Source of the DNA: a phage
Assembly (NCBI GenBank): GCA_012690745.1
Contig: GCA_012690745.1_4086.1
Direction: 5' to 3' (one strand)
Length of the DNA: 64,000 bases
The position numbers and the translations under genes were made by a program. Below are positions 29,994 to 39,641 of the stretch, piece by piece (position 1 is the first letter of the stretch; the number at the start of each line of letters is the position of its first letter). A model generated the notes under the pieces. The model worked only from the letters and a program-made list of their open reading frames with translations. It had not been told where the DNA came from and made no database searches.

Positions 29994-30021
29994 AAAAAAA
30001 AAACCAGCAACAATGTGCTGG
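29994..30021 (-). terminator. Rho-independent terminator (minus strand) after the 69-aa gene
   Basis: Stem CCAGCA / TGCTGG preceded on the plus strand by A10, which is a U10 tract after the hairpin on the minus strand. Confidence 0.65.
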
Positions 30022-30032
30022 CTATATGAAAA

Positions 30033-30242
30033 TTAGTGCTTCTCGTTTTGTTTTTTAATTTTTTTATTAAAAGACTTAACTAATAAGTCTCTATCTATTA
30101 ATGGCATATTAAGGAGTGTTCCATAGTCAATGTTATCCATATATACAGAACATTCCATTAGTGCATTTTTGATTTCTGACTTATTCAGTTCTATCTCCTT
30201 CAGTACTTCTTGTATTTCTTCAGGAGATGACTGGAGAAGCAT
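30033..30242 (-). CDS. Hypothetical small protein (69 aa)
   Basis: Start overlaps the stop of the upstream 278-aa gene (translational coupling); followed by a terminator. Confidence 0.45.
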   Translation of the reverse strand: MLLQSSPEEIQEVLKEIELNKSEIKNALMECSVYMDNIDYGTLLNMPLIDRDLLVKSFNKKIKKQNEKH

Positions 30243-31078
30243 TACTCGAAAAAATGACTAGGATCATATTTTAGTCCATCAATTTCCCATTGATGATTAC
30301 ATCCATCACATTCTACTTCCATACTATGTGATACTCCAATTTCAAGTACTTCATCCATTTTTTCACGAATTAGTTTAAGTACTCCCTTCGATTGTTGTCC
30401 AAGCCATTCATTAATAAATTCTTTTTCAACTACTTCATCACCATCTGGTGTTATAATTTTTGCAATAACTCCACCGATCATGTCGAAGTTAAGTTGAGCC
30501 ATGTTTTCAAATACTTCAGAAAATATTTTTACTTTTTCATCTTTATCAATATCAGCAGTTTCAAGAAACTTAGTCTTCTGTTGCTCACTGAACATGCGTT
30601 CAGCAAACGATGAATATTCTTTCCATGTAAGTGGTCTAAATTCTAAACGGAGTCCATTATCTAAATCAATTGATGGGATTTCTTCAAATGCTTGTGCAGT
30701 TTCAAGAAGATATGATAGATTACGCTCAAATCGACCTTCTTTTTCACATTCAGGACATACAACGTTAATATCATATGTTTCTTCTTTAGAAGCAACTTTA
30801 ATAGCAATAAGAAGCATTTCAACGTCATTTACATACAACTCATCAGCGTCAATTACATTAGGAACACAGTTTTCAATAACACGGGATACTGCATCTCCGT
30901 TTAGTAACATATCGGGGGTATTAAGTGTCATTTCATCACGTGCACTACGTGCACAAACTCCACATTTGACACCTTTTGGACCTAGGACTCCTTCTTTATA
31001 AGGAATAACGCCGTTTGTAACTAACTTAGTACTGATCTCTTCAATTTTAGTGTACTTAGCAAGTGGATTCATAGCCAT
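30242..31078 (-). CDS. Hypothetical Cys-rich late protein (278 aa), possible zinc-ribbon assembly protein
   Basis: CGVC, CPEC and CDGC pairs; transcribed from a perfect late-promoter octamer. Confidence 0.5.
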   Translation of the reverse strand: MAMNPLAKYTKIEEISTKLVTNGVIPYKEGVLGPKGVKCGVCARSARDEMTLNTPDMLLNGDAVSRVIENCVPNVIDADELYVNDVEMLLIAIKVASKEETYDINVVCPECEKEGRFERNLSYLLETAQAFEEIPSIDLDNGLRLEFRPLTWKEYSSFAERMFSEQQKTKFLETADIDKDEKVKIFSEVFENMAQLNFDMIGGVIAKIITPDGDEVVEKEFINEWLGQQSKGVLKLIREKMDEVLEIGVSHSMEVECDGCNHQWEIDGLKYDPSHFFE

Positions 31079-31112
31079 TTTATTAAATCTCCATGTAATA
31101 AATGTGTTTTAG

Positions 31113-31120
31113 TATTTATA
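31113..31120 (-). promoter_or_regulatory. T4-type late promoter (TATAAATA on the minus strand)
   Basis: Perfect octamer about 35 nt upstream of ATG 31078. Confidence 0.45.
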
Positions 31121-31208
31121 AGACCAAAAAAGATTAAATTAAACTAATTTTTATATTCTCTATAGTTTCATAAATATTTCTATAATACATCTATTAAAAG
31201 GGAATGTT

Positions 31209-33413
31209 ATGGCTGGAAATACAAGTGATTACCTACTCCAGCAGTTGGTTAATCAAACTAAAGATAACAACGATAGTTTGAGTGCTATACGTGAGTTATT
31301 GGCTGAAAATATAAAAAATGATAGAAAGAAATCCGGTTCTAAAAGTGGAAAACGTAATGGAAGTAATTCATCAAGTACTGGAAACCGTGGCTCTCGAACA
31401 AATAACAAAGCTGATGATGGTAAAGAATTTGGAAAAATATTTAAATCATTATCATCTGAAGTATCGAATGTCGGCAAAACTATGATGAGTACGTCTGCAA
31501 ACGTTAGCAATGTTGTAAACTCACTAGGAATGAGTGCATCTTCATTTGCTGGTTCATTAGCAATGATCCCAGGTCCAGTTGGTGCAGCAGCATCTGCCTT
31601 CAAATTGGTTGCTGACGCTGGTTTAGCAGTTTATAATGTGTTAAATGCACAGCTTGAAGTTTATAATAGAATAAACAGTGCTGGTGTCGCTCTATCTGAA
31701 GGTTACGGCTCCATATTAAAAGGTGCTGGTGCATCAATGATGAGTATTGATGCATTTGGTGAAGCATTACAAACTCATAGTGCCGTTGTTGCACAATTAG
31801 ATGGTGCATATGGTGATGGTGTTTCTACATTTGGTAAATTATTGGGTACTGTGCAACAAGCACAAAATCAATTAGGTTTATATGGTGTTTCTCAAAAAAC
31901 ATTAACTGATTTAACTGCACGTAATATTAAATTCCAAAAGCAATTTGGTGGAAGAGAAATGTTACGTAGTATGGATCAAGCAAAAAGTACTGAACAGTTT
32001 ATCATGAGTATGACTAAGTTCAGTAAAAGTATGGGTGAGTCAGTTGATGCACTATTAAATAAAACACAAAACTTAGATAAATCATTAGACACACGTTCAA
32101 TGCAAATCGCATTACAAAACTATTCTGGCTTATCTAGTAAAGCAGCAGTTGCAACATCAAAAGCATTTAACGAAGCTGCTGCCAGTATGGGTGATGCTGG
32201 TGCAGATTTTCTACGTTTAATTTCACATCGTTTAACTATTGGTGGAGTACCAGATGATTTATTGACTCCAGTACTGAACCAATTTGCTGATTTAGGTGAG
32301 AACTTGGTACGTAGTGGTGTTACTGATTCACAAGAAATTCGCCGTCAACAATTGGAATTTGTTAAAAAGAACAAAGAACTAATAAAGCAAGATTTATTAA
32401 ATCAGATACAATTAGGAAACACTACGGCAGCAACCTTCAACCAACAACTACTTGATATGGAAGCTGCGATTAATGATCCTAAGAGTCAACCAGCAGATAA
32501 ACTAACACAATTCACTGATAGATTCAATAGATGGATTAGTAAAGAATTTACTGAACCATTTAATAAAATGTATGCAGATACACAAAATTCTATTGCGGAT
32601 TACCTTACTGATATTGCAGACCGTACTGATGGTGCATGGGAATTTATCGGAGAGTTAGCACTTGATGGTTTTGGTTTGGTTCCTATTGCGAAAGATGCAG
32701 TTGCGTATTTGGATAGGATTGGTGGTGAGTTTGAGCAGTGGTTAGAAGGGTTAGGTACTGAAATTTTTGGTAGTGGATATAATAAAGTTTCAGAAGCATT
32801 TGATAGCTTTATGAATAACCTAATGGATCTTCCTGGTAAACTTTGGGATTCTGTTAAAGGTTGGTTTGGTGGTTCAGACGACAAAGTAAAAGTAGAAAAC
32901 AATTCTGTTACCGATGGTGCAGAAAAAGTTAATAATTATTTTGAAGAAAAAATGAATTCATTTGGTGATTATATTTCTAGTTCATTTGATGGTTTTTTAA
33001 AATGGAATTCAAGTAGAAACTTTAAACAACCAAAACCCCTTGATGAATCAGTTGCTGAAAAACTTATTAGTAGTGGTCTTGAAAATAAGCCAAGAGCAAC
33101 TGCGAGAATCGAAAAATCTGAACATGTTGCACCATATGTTACCATAACTCCAAAAACTTTTGATAAATCAGCATGGGGTCCAAATGAACCACCAATTCAA
33201 GCTGAACCGGACGATTATGAGGCCATGAAAGCGATGATAAATAGTGGTAGTAGTATGGCAAATGCTAATAATAATGCCACAATATCAGAAGACATGAAAG
33301 AGTTACTTAAAAAACTTGCTGATGTTAATGAGCAATCTCTATCTGCCGTGCAACAGACAAATAACTATCTAAGAACTATCTCTGAAAACACTCAAGGTGA
33401 GAGAAACAGTTAA
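31209..33413 (+). CDS. Hypothetical virion protein (734 aa), tape-measure-like or internal protein
   Basis: Basic Ser/Gly/Arg/Lys-rich N-terminus, then long Ala/Gln/Leu-rich predicted helical segments with FG/GxxG motifs typical of tape-measure proteins; directly upstream of the portal gene. Functional call is inference. Confidence 0.35.
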   Translation: MAGNTSDYLLQQLVNQTKDNNDSLSAIRELLAENIKNDRKKSGSKSGKRNGSNSSSTGNRGSRTNNKADDGKEFGKIFKSLSSEVSNVGKTMMSTSANVSNVVNSLGMSASSFAGSLAMIPGPVGAAASAFKLVADAGLAVYNVLNAQLEVYNRINSAGVALSEGYGSILKGAGASMMSIDAFGEALQTHSAVVAQLDGAYGDGVSTFGKLLGTVQQAQNQLGLYGVSQKTLTDLTARNIKFQKQFGGREMLRSMDQAKSTEQFIMSMTKFSKSMGESVDALLNKTQNLDKSLDTRSMQIALQNYSGLSSKAAVATSKAFNEAAASMGDAGADFLRLISHRLTIGGVPDDLLTPVLNQFADLGENLVRSGVTDSQEIRRQQLEFVKKNKELIKQDLLNQIQLGNTTAATFNQQLLDMEAAINDPKSQPADKLTQFTDRFNRWISKEFTEPFNKMYADTQNSIADYLTDIADRTDGAWEFIGELALDGFGLVPIAKDAVAYLDRIGGEFEQWLEGLGTEIFGSGYNKVSEAFDSFMNNLMDLPGKLWDSVKGWFGGSDDKVKVENNSVTDGAEKVNNYFEEKMNSFGDYISSSFDGFLKWNSSRNFKQPKPLDESVAEKLISSGLENKPRATARIEKSEHVAPYVTITPKTFDKSAWGPNEPPIQAEPDDYEAMKAMINSGSSMANANNNATISEDMKELLKKLADVNEQSLSAVQQTNNYLRTISENTQGERNS

Positions 33414-33424
33414 GGACGAAAATA

Positions 33425-35164
33425 ATGAGTTGGAAACGACATATGACAGTGGGAAGGTCTAAACTATCGACCATCCCGAATCAGTCCAGTAATAGCAATA
33501 AATCAACAGGAACGAAAACAAATTTCGCTTCCTATCTTCCTGTTGTATATAATGGATTGGCAAACCGTACTGAGCGTTATAGTCAGTATGAGCAAATGGA
33601 CCAAGATCCTGAAATTAGAACTGCATTGAATATAATTGCTGACTTTTGTACCCAAAGTACTGAAGATTTTGGTTTACCATATAAAATCAAATATAAAGAT
33701 GATATTGGTGATACTGAAGTAACTACTATTGAAGATCGTTTAGATGCATGGACTGAACAAAATGATTTTAAAACACGAATGTATGAAATTGTGCGTGGTC
33801 TTCTGAAATATGGTGATCAATTTTTCATTCGAGATCCAGAAACATTCGATTGGTATTGGGTAAGTCCCAAAAATGTTGAGCAAGTATTTGTTAACGAAGC
33901 CACTGGTAAAACACCAGTAATTTATTATATACGTGATGTATCATTAAATTTGAAAGATAAAGTTTTTAGTAACCTTCAAGTAGGATTTGATAAAACCGCT
34001 TATCCAGGAGCTATTCCAACAACAATGGGTGGTGGTGGTTCAGTAGCTGCTGGTGGTGCATCTGGTTTTACAAGTCAAGGAAATACGGCTGACCCATTCA
34101 GTACTAACGGTCAATTAGACGTTATTCCTGTTGGTGCAGAACACGTAATTCATCTAACGCTAAATACAGGACAAGATGGAGTATGGCCTTTTGGTACTAG
34201 TATACTTGAGGACGTATTTAAAGTCTATAAGCAAAAAGAACTTCTGGAAGATAGTATCATAATTTATCGTGTACAACGTGCACCTGAGCGTCGTGTATTT
34301 AAAATTGATGTTGGTGATATGCAAGCACACCAAGCGATGGCTTATGTTGAAAGATTTAAAAATGAAATCCACCAGCGTAGAATACCTTCAAACAAAGGTG
34401 GAAGTACTTCATTAATGGATGCAGCATATAATCCATTAAGCATTTTAGAAGACTACTTTTTCCCACAAACTTCTGAAGGTCGTGGTTCAGATGTTCAAAC
34501 ATTACCAGGCGGTGATAACTTAGGACAAATTGATGACTTACGTTATTTTAATAATAAATTGATTCGTGGTCTTCAAATACCAGCTTCTTATCTACCACAA
34601 GGTCCAGATGATGGTGGTGTTTCATTATTTGGTGATGGTGCTACACAAGCTATGGCAAGTGAATTGCGATTCAATAATCAATGTATGCGTTATCAACGTT
34701 TAGTTGCAAAACATTTTGATGCTGAATTCAAAAGATTTATGGTTAAAAATGGATATAACATTAGTACTTCATCTTTTGAAGTTATTATGAATCCACCTAT
34801 TAACTTAGCTTCTTATCGTAAAGCTGAACTAGATGCTAAACTAATTAATACATATCTTCCTCTTAATGACTTGCCTTATATGGCGAAACAAACAATTCTT
34901 GAAAAAATGGGCTTTTCTAAAGCTGATATTGTTAAGAATGAACAAATGTGGTTACAAGAGAATCCACAAGATGGTTCCCAACCTTCTGGTGGTGAAGAAG
35001 ATTCCGCTGGATTACAGTCTGTTGGTATTGATGCTCCAAATGATCCTGGAATGGATCTTGGTATTGATGGAGAAGGTAATTTGGAAAGTGCTGATGCCGA
35101 ATACCAAGAGCAACAGAGTGGAAGTGGTGGTTTCAACCCTAATAATTTAGGCAATTCTTTTTAA
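33425..35164 (+). CDS. gp20: Portal vertex protein (gp20-like)
   Basis: IIYRVQRAPERRVFKIDVGDM and TLPGGDNLGQIDDLRYF closely parallel T4 gp20 ([21 protein letters not shown] and TLPGADNTGNMEDIRWF as recalled). Confidence 0.85.
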   Translation: MSWKRHMTVGRSKLSTIPNQSSNSNKSTGTKTNFASYLPVVYNGLANRTERYSQYEQMDQDPEIRTALNIIADFCTQSTEDFGLPYKIKYKDDIGDTEVTTIEDRLDAWTEQNDFKTRMYEIVRGLLKYGDQFFIRDPETFDWYWVSPKNVEQVFVNEATGKTPVIYYIRDVSLNLKDKVFSNLQVGFDKTAYPGAIPTTMGGGGSVAAGGASGFTSQGNTADPFSTNGQLDVIPVGAEHVIHLTLNTGQDGVWPFGTSILEDVFKVYKQKELLEDSIIIYRVQRAPERRVFKIDVGDMQAHQAMAYVERFKNEIHQRRIPSNKGGSTSLMDAAYNPLSILEDYFFPQTSEGRGSDVQTLPGGDNLGQIDDLRYFNNKLIRGLQIPASYLPQGPDDGGVSLFGDGATQAMASELRFNNQCMRYQRLVAKHFDAEFKRFMVKNGYNISTSSFEVIMNPPINLASYRKAELDAKLINTYLPLNDLPYMAKQTILEKMGFSKADIVKNEQMWLQENPQDGSQPSGGEEDSAGLQSVGIDAPNDPGMDLGIDGEGNLESADAEYQEQQSGSGGFNPNNLGNSF

Positions 35165-35237
35165 ACATAAATAACAGTGTATAAGAATGAGGGTTTATTT
35201 TTACCCTCATTTATAATGCATATTTCAAGGAGATCAA

Positions 35238-35465
35238 ATGTTAAAGGACATCTTTGAATCTAGCAGTGATTCAATGTACGACCCTGAAGATGATCAGAAC
35301 GTATATAAAATTACTGATTCCAGAAAACCGAAACTAACATTACAAGTATTAAACAACTTAAGAAAGTACCGTGAATTTAAAGCACATGAAGAACAACGCC
35401 GCAAAAATGTGGTTGCAGTTGTTTATGCCGCTGCACCAACTGGTGACGGTTCTGGGTTAATGTAA
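35238..35465 (+). CDS. Small prohead core protein (gp67-like position), 75 aa
   Basis: Small acidic ORF between the portal and protease genes, as for T4 gp67. Position-based. Confidence 0.35.
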   Translation: MLKDIFESSSDSMYDPEDDQNVYKITDSRKPKLTLQVLNNLRKYREFKAHEEQRRKNVVAVVYAAAPTGDGSGLM

Positions 35466-35566
35466 ATCAAAAATCGCACTTTTTAAAGCTTTTAAAAAAG
35501 GCGATTTTATTCAGTACTAAATAATATCATACTTTATACGAATGTAATATATCTATGGAGGATATA

Positions 35567-36415
35567 ATGGCGAATTTAAAACTACTACAAGAAGCAATTG
35601 CGGCGTTTGCAAATGGCGAACAAGATATTGCTGATAAAAAAATGCGTAAGTATTTCGTTGAGCAAGCTCAAGAAATTAACAAACAACTAGAAGAAAGCAT
35701 GGAAGATGAAGACGACGATGAAGATTGTGAAGTCGAAGTTAAAGTCAAAGATGAAGAAAAGCTTGACGAAGATTTTGATGTACAACCAGACGAAGGTCTA
35801 AATGCTGAAATCGAATACACCCTTGGTGAAGAAGATGAAAGTGCAGAAGAAGAAGTTGAATTCTCTGCTGATGCAGATGGTGACGGTGAAGACGATGTTG
35901 ACGTTGAAGTGAAAGCTGATGCTGATGTTCCTTCCGAAGACCAATGGGAATCAATCCAAGATGCTTTCCGTGGCCTACAACAAATGTTTGATGAAATCGG
36001 TGACGGTGAAGTTGATCTAGATTCTGAAGAAGAAGTAGAAGATAGCGAAGAAGAAGTTGGTGTTGACGGTGACGACGAATTTGCTGATGTTGAATTCGGC
36101 GATGAAAAATTCGGTGAATCCTTCAAACTAGAAAAAGTTGCTCCAGTTGATAAGAAAGAAAAAGCTGGCACTCATTCCAAATCTCCAGTAGCACCAGAAG
36201 CTAAATCTCCAGTAGCAGGAGCAGAGCCAGTTAAATTCGCTAAGAAAACTGACCAAGCCCCACTACTAGACCTAGATGATAAATCTGTTCTACCAAAAGA
36301 TAGCCTAGATCTTGGTAAAAATGCTCGCGGTGAAATGAAAGATGTTAAAGCACCAAAAACTACTGCATCTAATTCTAAATCACCACTAAGCAAAGCACAA
36401 CCTAAACTAAAATAA
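35567..36415 (+). CDS. Highly acidic head-module protein (prohead core/scaffold or internal protein)
   Basis: Extreme Asp/Glu content (EDEDDDEDCEVEVKVKDEE...) and a C-terminal KSPVAPEAKSPVAGAEP repeat. Track ORF start 35555; the ATG at 35567 follows GGAGGA. Confidence 0.45.
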   Translation: MANLKLLQEAIAAFANGEQDIADKKMRKYFVEQAQEINKQLEESMEDEDDDEDCEVEVKVKDEEKLDEDFDVQPDEGLNAEIEYTLGEEDESAEEEVEFSADADGDGEDDVDVEVKADADVPSEDQWESIQDAFRGLQQMFDEIGDGEVDLDSEEEVEDSEEEVGVDGDDEFADVEFGDEKFGESFKLEKVAPVDKKEKAGTHSKSPVAPEAKSPVAGAEPVKFAKKTDQAPLLDLDDKSVLPKDSLDLGKNARGEMKDVKAPKTTASNSKSPLSKAQPKLK

Positions 36416-36435
36416 ATATCTGAAAGGAGATCATT

Positions 36436-37059
36436 ATGAGTAGTATGATTCGTGAATGGTCTTCATTCAATGATTCTAAAGTTGTTTTGGAACATCGTGA
36501 TAATGGATTTGGTGGGCGTGACTGCTATCTTCGTGGTATTGCTATTCAAGCCGACCAACGAAATTTGAACGAGAGAATTTACCCTTTATCTGAAATTACA
36601 AGGGCAGTAAATAACATGAACCAGCGTTTAGCTAAAGGTGAAAGCATTCTTGTTGAATGTGACCATCCAGAAACACTAACTATTAACCTAGACCGTGTAG
36701 CAGCAATGATTACTAAGGTTTGGATGGAAGGTGCTAATGGTATGGCAGAAATCAAACTACTTGATACTGCACATGGTCAGAATATCCGTAAAATGCTAGA
36801 GGCTGGTGTAAAACTTGGTGTAAGTTCTCGCGGTTCCGGTAACGTTGATTATAATGGAATAGTTTCTGATTTTGAAATTATCACTATTGATATTGTTGCT
36901 CAACCTAGTGCTCCAGAAGCATACCCAACAGCGGTATTTGAATCTCTGATGAGTAAGTACGGATCACCTTGTAATAGTTCTAAAAAAATCACTGAATCTA
37001 AAAAAGTAAATAATTTAGATTCTGAAATATACGATTTTTTCAAGAAATTAAAAGGTTAA
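36436..37059 (+). CDS. gp21: Prohead core protease (gp21-like)
   Basis: CYLRGIAIQADQRNLNERIYP, ECDHP and GVSSRGSG match conserved T4 gp21 segments. Confidence 0.8.
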   Translation: MSSMIREWSSFNDSKVVLEHRDNGFGGRDCYLRGIAIQADQRNLNERIYPLSEITRAVNNMNQRLAKGESILVECDHPETLTINLDRVAAMITKVWMEGANGMAEIKLLDTAHGQNIRKMLEAGVKLGVSSRGSGNVDYNGIVSDFEIITIDIVAQPSAPEAYPTAVFESLMSKYGSPCNSSKKITESKKVNNLDSEIYDFFKKLKG

Positions 37060-37070
37060 CATTTTAAAAA

Positions 37071-37078
37071 TATAAATA
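37071..37078 (+). promoter_or_regulatory. T4-type late promoter (TATAAATA)
   Basis: Perfect octamer about 48 nt upstream of the scaffold gene ATG; a hairpin ATCTGTA...TACAGAT lies in the leader. Confidence 0.45.
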
Positions 37079-37125
37079 TCTGTATGTTGAAGTACAGATA
37101 TTTCAGTACTTAAAGGAGAGAACGA

Positions 37126-38241
37126 ATGTCTAAATTAGAAAAGCTTCTAAAAGAATCATCTCTTTCTGATGAGGCAAAACAGCTAATTCAGGAAGCATGG
37201 AATGAAGAAAAGAATACACTAGCCGCAGAGATGCGTGAAGAAATGAAAGGCCGTTATCAGCAAGATTTGGCTGAACTAACCGAAGGTTTGAACACTATGG
37301 TTACTCAAGTCATTTCTGAAGAAATGGGTGCTGTATATGAAGAGAAAAAACGTCTCGTTGAAGATCGTGTAACTCTACGTAAAACACTAAGCAATTTCTC
37401 TGCGTTTTCAAACTCTGTTTTGGCTGAAGAAGTTAAACAAATGCGTAAAGAACGTAAGCATCTTCATGAATGCATGGGTAAATTCGTTAATTTTTCTAAC
37501 GGTATCCTAGCAGAAGAGCTAAAAGAATTCCACACTGAAAAACGCCAACTAGTAGAAACTCGCGTTAAACTACTTGCTGAAGGTTCACGTCAAATTGCTG
37601 AAGCTCGTAATAACTTCATCAAACGTACATCTGAAAGTGCTGCTAAATATATTGCAGAAACCACTCAGAAGAATCTATATGCGTTGAAACAAGATCTAGT
37701 GGAAGCAAAACAAAATATGTTTGGTCGTAAAATCTTTGAAGCATTTGCTCAAGAGTTTAATGTCAAACAATTTAATGAAAACTCATTGCTACGTTCCCTA
37801 ACTGAATCAATTAAATCCAAAGAAGATGAAATTGCTCAAGTTAAGCAAGAACTACATGAAACTGCTAATGCGGTTAAAGCTGCTAAAACCAAACTACGTA
37901 TTATGGAAGATGCACAAGCACGTAATGCGATTATGTCTGAACTAGTAAAACCACTAACTGCACAGCAAAAACAAATTATGGAATCCCTTCTAGCTACTTC
38001 ACCTACTGAAAAGCTTAAAGAAGATTTCAGCAAGTACCATAAGTCAGTACTTAACGGTACTAAAGTAAATGAATCTGCTACCACTCGTCAAGCAGTTCAG
38101 TCTTCCGCTAAGAAAACTCTTGCAGAAGGTAAAGTAATCACTGGCAACCGTCAGGCTATTGTTGAAAGCGAAGAAATGACCGCTGACGATATGGCATTCC
38201 TAAAAGAACTCGATGTTCTTTCAGGTATCAATAAAAAATAA
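37126..38241 (+). CDS. gp22: Prohead scaffold protein (gp22-like), coiled-coil rich
   Basis: Lys/Glu/Ala/Gln-rich predicted helical protein between the protease and capsid genes. Confidence 0.6.
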   Translation: MSKLEKLLKESSLSDEAKQLIQEAWNEEKNTLAAEMREEMKGRYQQDLAELTEGLNTMVTQVISEEMGAVYEEKKRLVEDRVTLRKTLSNFSAFSNSVLAEEVKQMRKERKHLHECMGKFVNFSNGILAEELKEFHTEKRQLVETRVKLLAEGSRQIAEARNNFIKRTSESAAKYIAETTQKNLYALKQDLVEAKQNMFGRKIFEAFAQEFNVKQFNENSLLRSLTESIKSKEDEIAQVKQELHETANAVKAAKTKLRIMEDAQARNAIMSELVKPLTAQQKQIMESLLATSPTEKLKEDFSKYHKSVLNGTKVNESATTRQAVQSSAKKTLAEGKVITGNRQAIVESEEMTADDMAFLKELDVLSGINKK

Positions 38242-38279
38242 ACATTTTAAAGCATTTTAATAATCAAATTTTTCAGTTC

Positions 38280-38287
38280 TATAAATA
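38280..38287 (+). promoter_or_regulatory. T4-type late promoter (TATAAATA) for the major capsid gene
   Basis: Perfect octamer about 45 nt upstream of ATG 38333; the leader is shared with the acidic-protein gene. Confidence 0.5.
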
Positions 38288-38332
38288 ATATCATACTGAA
38301 AAACGAATATAACATCTTTAAGGAGATATATA

Positions 38333-39508
38333 ATGTCACAACTACTAAATGAATCCAAATGGGTAGCAGTAAAAGAGAAACTAGTTGAAGGTCTACAGGG
38401 TACTCGTAAGTCTGTAATGGAAACTGTTCTTGATAACCATCGTAAAGTTATGCTAACTGAATCCGCAACTTCTGGTGCAACTACCGCTGGTAACATCGCT
38501 ACTCTAAACAAAGTGATTCTACCAATTATGCGTCGTGTAATGCCAACCGTTATTGCTAACGAAATCATCGGTGTTCAACCTATGACTGGTCCAGTTGGTC
38601 AGATCCACACCCTACGTGTACAATATGCTGATAACGCACCTGGTGTAATCGCTGGTGAAGAAATGCTTTCTCCATACAAAATCGCTAAATCTTACTCTGG
38701 TGATCTAAATGCGGATAATAGCAACCCACAAGCTGCTCCTACTAGCCAACTAGAAGGTACTATGGGTCGTCGCGTTAACATCCGTATTCTACGTGAAACT
38801 GTTGAAGCGAAATCTCGTCGTCTATCTGCACGTTGGACTGTTGAATCTGCACAAGATGCACAATCCCAACATGGTGTTGACGTTGAAGCAGAACTAATGG
38901 CTGCAATCGCTCAAGAAGTTACCGTAGAAATCGACCAAGAGCTACTAAGCCGTCTACGTGCACTACCTGGTGCTGCTGCTGTAACTTATGACCAATCTAA
39001 AGTTACTGGTGTTGCAACCTTCGTTGGTGATGAGCACGCTGCTCTAGCAACTCTAATTAACCGTCAAGCAAACGAAGTTGCTCGTCGTACTAAGCGTGGT
39101 GCTGCAAACTGGGCTGTTGTTTCCCCAACTGCACTAACCATTCTACAATCTGCTACTACTTCTAGCTTTGCACGTACCACTGAAGGTACTTTCGAAGCCC
39201 CAACTAACGTTAAGTTTGTAGGTACTCTAAACAGCACTATGCGTATTTTTGTTGATACTTATGCAAGTGATGCAGAAGATATTCTAATTGGTTATAAAGG
39301 TAATGCAGAAACTGATGCTGGTGTGTTCTATTGCCCATACATCCCACTAATGGCTTCCGGTACTGTAATGGACCCTAACACTGGGGAATTGGTCACAACT
39401 TTCCTTACCAGGTATGGTTATGTACAATTGACTGATAGTACTTCTTCTCTTGGTAACGCTGCTGACTACTACAGCAAAATCGCTATCAAAAACGTTACTT
39501 TCATGTAA
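38333..39508 (+). CDS. gp23: Major capsid protein (gp23/gp24 family), short 391-aa form
   Basis: IATLNKVILPIMRRVMPTVIANEIIGVQPMTGPVGQIHTLRVQYAD parallels T4 gp23 (IAFDICGVQPMNSPTGQVFALRAVYG as recalled). Confidence 0.85.
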   Translation: MSQLLNESKWVAVKEKLVEGLQGTRKSVMETVLDNHRKVMLTESATSGATTAGNIATLNKVILPIMRRVMPTVIANEIIGVQPMTGPVGQIHTLRVQYADNAPGVIAGEEMLSPYKIAKSYSGDLNADNSNPQAAPTSQLEGTMGRRVNIRILRETVEAKSRRLSARWTVESAQDAQSQHGVDVEAELMAAIAQEVTVEIDQELLSRLRALPGAAAVTYDQSKVTGVATFVGDEHAALATLINRQANEVARRTKRGAANWAVVSPTALTILQSATTSSFARTTEGTFEAPTNVKFVGTLNSTMRIFVDTYASDAEDILIGYKGNAETDAGVFYCPYIPLMASGTVMDPNTGELVTTFLTRYGYVQLTDSTSSLGNAADYYSKIAIKNVTFM

Positions 39509-39552
39509 TTGTAATCGATTTAAAAGATTTAATCAAGAAATTAAAAACAATA

Positions 39553-39581
39553 GGGACTCTTCGGAGTCCCTTTTCTTTTTT
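39553..39581 (+). terminator. Rho-independent terminator after the capsid gene
   Basis: Stem GGGACTC / GAGTCCC with a TTCG loop followed by TTTTCTTTTTT. Confidence 0.7.
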
Positions 39582-39584
39582 GTG

Positions 39585-39613
39585 TTGACATGTCACATTT
39601 TTTGTGTAATAAT
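39585..39613 (+). promoter_or_regulatory. Sigma70-like promoter (TTGACA - 17 bp - AATAAT) upstream of the split homing-endonuclease gene
   Basis: Perfect -35 hexamer TTGACA; -10-like AATAAT at 17-bp spacing. Confidence 0.45.
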
Positions 39614-39641
39614 ACGCGTACATTATAAATGAAGAAGAGAA

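Noticed and set aside
35187-35210. Hairpin ATGAGGGT/ACCCTCAT after the portal gene as a terminator
   Set aside because: The U-tract after the stem is very short, and the downstream genes of the head module are evidently co-expressed; at most a weak attenuator.
35668-36393. Ser-rich minus-strand ORFs (35668-36171, 35745-35954, 36172-36393) opposite the acidic protein gene
   Set aside because: They are mirror images of the GAA/GAT-rich acidic gene, which produces long stop-free antisense frames; there are no translation signals.
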